A stretch of DNA of 64,000 nt from Takakia lepidozioides (Eukaryota > Plantae > Bryophyta), in contig CM060734.1 in the NCBI GenBank assembly GCA_030704615.1, forward strand, positions 10,664,001-10,728,000, in the 5' to 3' direction. The notes under the pieces are model-generated. The model worked only from the letters and a program-made list of their open reading frames with translations. It was not told where the DNA came from and did no database searches. Shown here in pieces: positions 60,266-64,000 of this stretch. The stretch's first letter is position 1. The number at the start of each line of letters is the position of its first letter. A program made the translations under genes and the position numbers.

Positions 60266-61963
60266 TCAATATATTGCCACAACTTTGGCCATGTGCTCTA
60301 CTGCATGCGAGTGATTTGCTTGCTGCAGCTCAATCAATACACCCATGTTGTCTAATGGGTGCAAAAACAGGACAGGTCGATTCTCTGCCCCCAGTGTTGG
60401 TCCACAATCACTAAGACTTTTCACTCCCACCTTGTCTAGATGGCCAGCTGCTGAATGCAAATCATCCACCTGGAGGAAAAAAGTGGCATAAAATATTGAT
60501 CGGGTGGATGAAGACACAATAATCCACATACGACCAATTATGACAGAACCTACCTAGTCTAAAACAAGGTATGTGTAAGTCAGACAGTCTCGTTGACCTA
60601 GAGAGCGGAAGTCAACAAGAGGGAAAGGACTTTTCACCGCTAGGGAGATATGGTGGATGCCACCCTTGGGATTCATCTGCAAAAACGAAAAGACAGGGCT
60701 CTGCTCTCCCAGTGGATGCAACAGCTCAATGGCCACGTTTGCGAGCTGCACGAAGACTACTGTCACTCCAAGATTGGGCTGATCCTGCACTCAGGCAATA
60801 TACTTTGCACAATGTTATCTCCACATGAATCTTTCTCTCTCCCTCTCTTTTTGACTCTTTTCTTTTTCCAGCTCTAGAGCCAAAGCCCAAAAGATGGGCA
60901 GAACTTGGCCTTCCTTAAGCACCAAAGGCACATTGAACCAACCAGGCCACTGAAGGTAACAGTGGAAATCAAAATGAAAAGGTTCCGTTAAAAGATTCAC
61001 ATCTCTCGAGTCAAGAGCCTTGAAGATACACTCCCTCCTAGAGACTTATCCAAAGATTATGTCTGCCAGGGCCTCTCTCTCAATCAATAATACATTTCAG
61101 GAATGAAACACTGCTGGCTGTAAGTTAAAAATGGCACTTCCTGTTCAAATTGCACCTGGGATGAAGGGAGTGCATCCTGATTGATGGCTGCAGGATCATC
61201 ACAGCTCCGAGATGGCACAATTACACTTTCTAGTGCCACAGGGTTCACTCATGGGAGCCAATCAGCATGTCTAGAGCGCAATGATGATTACAATTTGCAA
61301 GCCCCATTCAGCAATAAGACAAACTTCAACATAATACACAAGAAATGAGTATTTGAGTTCACGTCCAATTCACTAACCACTGGGTCGCTCACTTGTGCTC
61401 CAAAGGCACTGCGGTAATGCTCAGCAGCTGCAGAGAGGTCTGGGACAGCAATGGCTATGTGTTTGAGACCCTTGACTGCAAATGGGATGTCATCAGGGGG
61501 GCTTCTAACAGCCCACCCTCCACAACGACCCCCACTGCCAGTACCTACATGATTACACATTGCCTGCAAGGTCTTCCACTATTTATTTCAATCAGCAAAA
61601 TTGACTATTGTGTTATTCCAACACCAAGATGAACCAACCCCCATTGGAGCTTATAGCATATCCTATGATAACCATACACACTGCCAAGCCAATCCACAAA
61701 CTAAGTAACATATTTCTCCCAAGGGGCCCGGACTGTTGCAATAGTAAAAAGGGGGGGCCCACTTACAACATTAGTTACTGATGTGTAACCAACTCATGTG
61801 AATTATGGCCACATTTTCAGATAGGCCATTCCGTTTCACACAGGCTTGATGGTTAAAGTTTTGAAAACCCACTCACCCGAGACTGTGGATAGCAGAGACC
61901 TGGAAGAGAGAGGGCTTTTGCCCGTAACATAGGTGCAAGCGACCTCCACAGAGTTCCTGCCAT
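60266..61963 (-). CDS. MCEE: Methylmalonyl-CoA epimerase (VOC/glyoxalase fold) with probable mitochondrial transit peptide; exons 61963-61877, 61563-61378, 60784-60638, 60469-60266 (207 aa)
   Basis: LKHIAIAVPDL..AA..Y...FGAQVS; GVTVVFV.L.N..IELLHPLG..SP; GGIHHI; VDD; GA..RPVLFLHP.D..GVLIELQQ closely track MCEE. All introns GT-AG, phase 0. N-terminus is Arg/Ser/Leu-rich and lacks acidic residues. Confidence 0.88.
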
Positions 61964-64000
61964 TAGATCCCTTCTAAAGTCGTTTCCCTCAAAGCCGTCA
62001 CTGAAAGATCCAACCAAGGCCTCCTGTTTGTTGGAATATCTCTCGACCACACTACACAGCCTTGAGCTCTTTTGCCCTTCTAGCACCAGATCTGCAAAAC
62101 ATATTCCAATCCTCAGCTAACGTCTTCAATCGGTGAAGAATCTAGCGTCACCAAGCATCTCCACCAAATCAATCTACGGAAAATTGACTGATCCTGTCTG
62201 CCAAAGTTTCTACTCGTCACACTTTCCCTTTGAAAGCTCTGAAATTTTCTCAACCTCCTAGGCTTAAACAATTCAACAGCCAAACTAGAACTCCTTTGGA
62301 ACATTTCTGCTTCTTCAGGTGCTCACATCCCCATGAATGCATGAAAGCGAGAACCAACTTCCTGTAGAGAGTTTTTCCTTTCCCCCTCCTCTCTCCTTTG
62401 TTTCATCAACTTTTTGATCTTAGGGCCATAACTTTCCCTCCATTTCATTGTGGAAGTATTCTTACTTATACTTTTCACACTTCTAGTTCAGAAAATAATC
62501 ATGTGACTTAAAACAACTGCTGATTTTTACCCATTTCATGTACAGAAGCTAGTTGCATGTAAAGAAGAAAACTTTTGCACATTATGACTTATGGTAGTTG
62601 TTTCTATAGATCAATTTGCAATCATTTTACAATTTTCTACTTCCCACAAAGTGCCTATAACATGTTACTTTTACTAAGCCAAATTTTAAGTCAACTTCAC
62701 TTTTTGAGTCTACCCCTTGAAAATTCACTCATGCAACGATTCGAGAAAGATGACAAAAGTGCTTTTCTTACATGCGTCTCATGGGAGTCTCATCCTCTTG
62801 TCAAGACCATGTTGTGAAATTACATATGCACATATCTAAGGCCCCAAGGTCACCAGAGAAGAGAAGACCAAACAGAGGATATATTCGAAGCAAGATACCA
62901 CCTTTGAAGCATACTTAAATACTCAAATGTCTAATTTACCCAATAGGCAGGTCGTACAGCAAAGCATCATAAAAGATCTCCACTAAAATCCCTTCTCACC
63001 AGGGTCCTAAAACAGCAAGTGCTAGGCAATGAACAGTCACCCAATTCTGCAATTACCATCAGACTCATATGTGTAGTGATGCAATTCCACATGGCAAAAC
63101 CCTTGACAATGCCAGCTCAAGTATGCACTGTTCTCCAGGTACATGAAGCCTGGAAATAGTGACAGGAGTAATGAACTAAGTGTCAAATGGTTCTCAAATG
63201 GCAACGAGTTCAACTATGTCCACAGCATCCTGTTCTCACTGACATCACATTTGAATTTTGGTGACTCAAACCACCAAACTTGAACAGACACTGTGGGTGG
63301 AGAGAGCTCAAATGTGTAGTAGAAAATAATCAAAAGTGCTATCCCTTCTCACAACCAAAGTCTCCATATTCTTCAGAAAATATGTGCCACAAGCAAGTCC
63401 TTAAACCTCCTCATCAACTTTGCTTGCTATGTTCAAGTGAGCATCATAAAACCGCTAATGGGCGTGCCATCCCTGAGATCAACCCCAGCAGGTGCATTGG
63501 CATTGGCTGTGGGCGAGCAAAACGACAATTATGGAAGACTTTTAGATCCTTGTGGGTTCGTCAAAACCAACATTCACAGGGGGCCGTCATATTGCTCTAA
63601 GAAAAAGCTTTCCGCGATACTACCGACCCATATTTCACTCCGCTCCTGAACCTTCCCCCCTTCCACGCTCTCTCCCTCAATGCCACACTTGTGGTTGCAA
63701 AGAGCTACAGTCAAGATGGCACTTCATTGGAAAGAGTTAAGGCAGCTGTTCACACCCAGGCAGGAGTGGTTACAGCCTGCGGGGGTCAATGGCGGTAGAG
63801 CATCTTCATATTGGTGGACAATTACAAAGATTTTTTTTCCATTCTCTGTGTCCCTCTGAAGCAAACGCCACAAAGGGCATGAAGAGGATGATCCTTACCT
63901 GCCAGGCCTATAGAACACTCATCGCGATACTCTAACCACCTCTCTCCGTAAATGCCATAAGAGTAGTTCTCCCATGCCGATGGGCGTGTATGCGGAATAC

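Noticed and set aside
63280-64000. Possible gene remnant at the window end
   Set aside because: The frames read contain stops and no family could be recognised.

Overview
Eukaryotic nuclear DNA, most likely from a non-seed land plant (bryophyte/lycophyte grade; this is inference from spliceosomal introns, plant-type SFT2 and HOTHEAD-like fragments, and Gypsy, L1, CACTA, Mutator and Harbinger elements). Two intact-looking host genes flank a ~50-kb nested transposon pile. One is a 6-exon germ-cell-less-like BTB/BACK gene (+, 794-7962). The other is a 4-exon methylmalonyl-CoA epimerase (-, 60266-61963). The standout is a Ty3/Gypsy retrotransposon (34597-41760) whose single polyprotein frame reads Gag - protease - DNMT3-like C5-cytosine methyltransferase - RT - RNase H - integrase - PHD finger. 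It is broken only by 8 in-frame stops, all explainable by C>T/G>A transitions, with no frameshifts. Also present are a GCM/SWIM Mutator-like transposase, a Tat-like Gypsy with 5' LTR and PBS, a CACTA nested in an L1, a LINE inserted in a (CT)n tract, captured SFT2 and GMC-oxidoreductase fragments, a spliced ParB-like pseudogene with a palindromic intronic minisatellite, and a 965-bp inverted duplication. All calls come from reading motifs by eye; no database searches were run.
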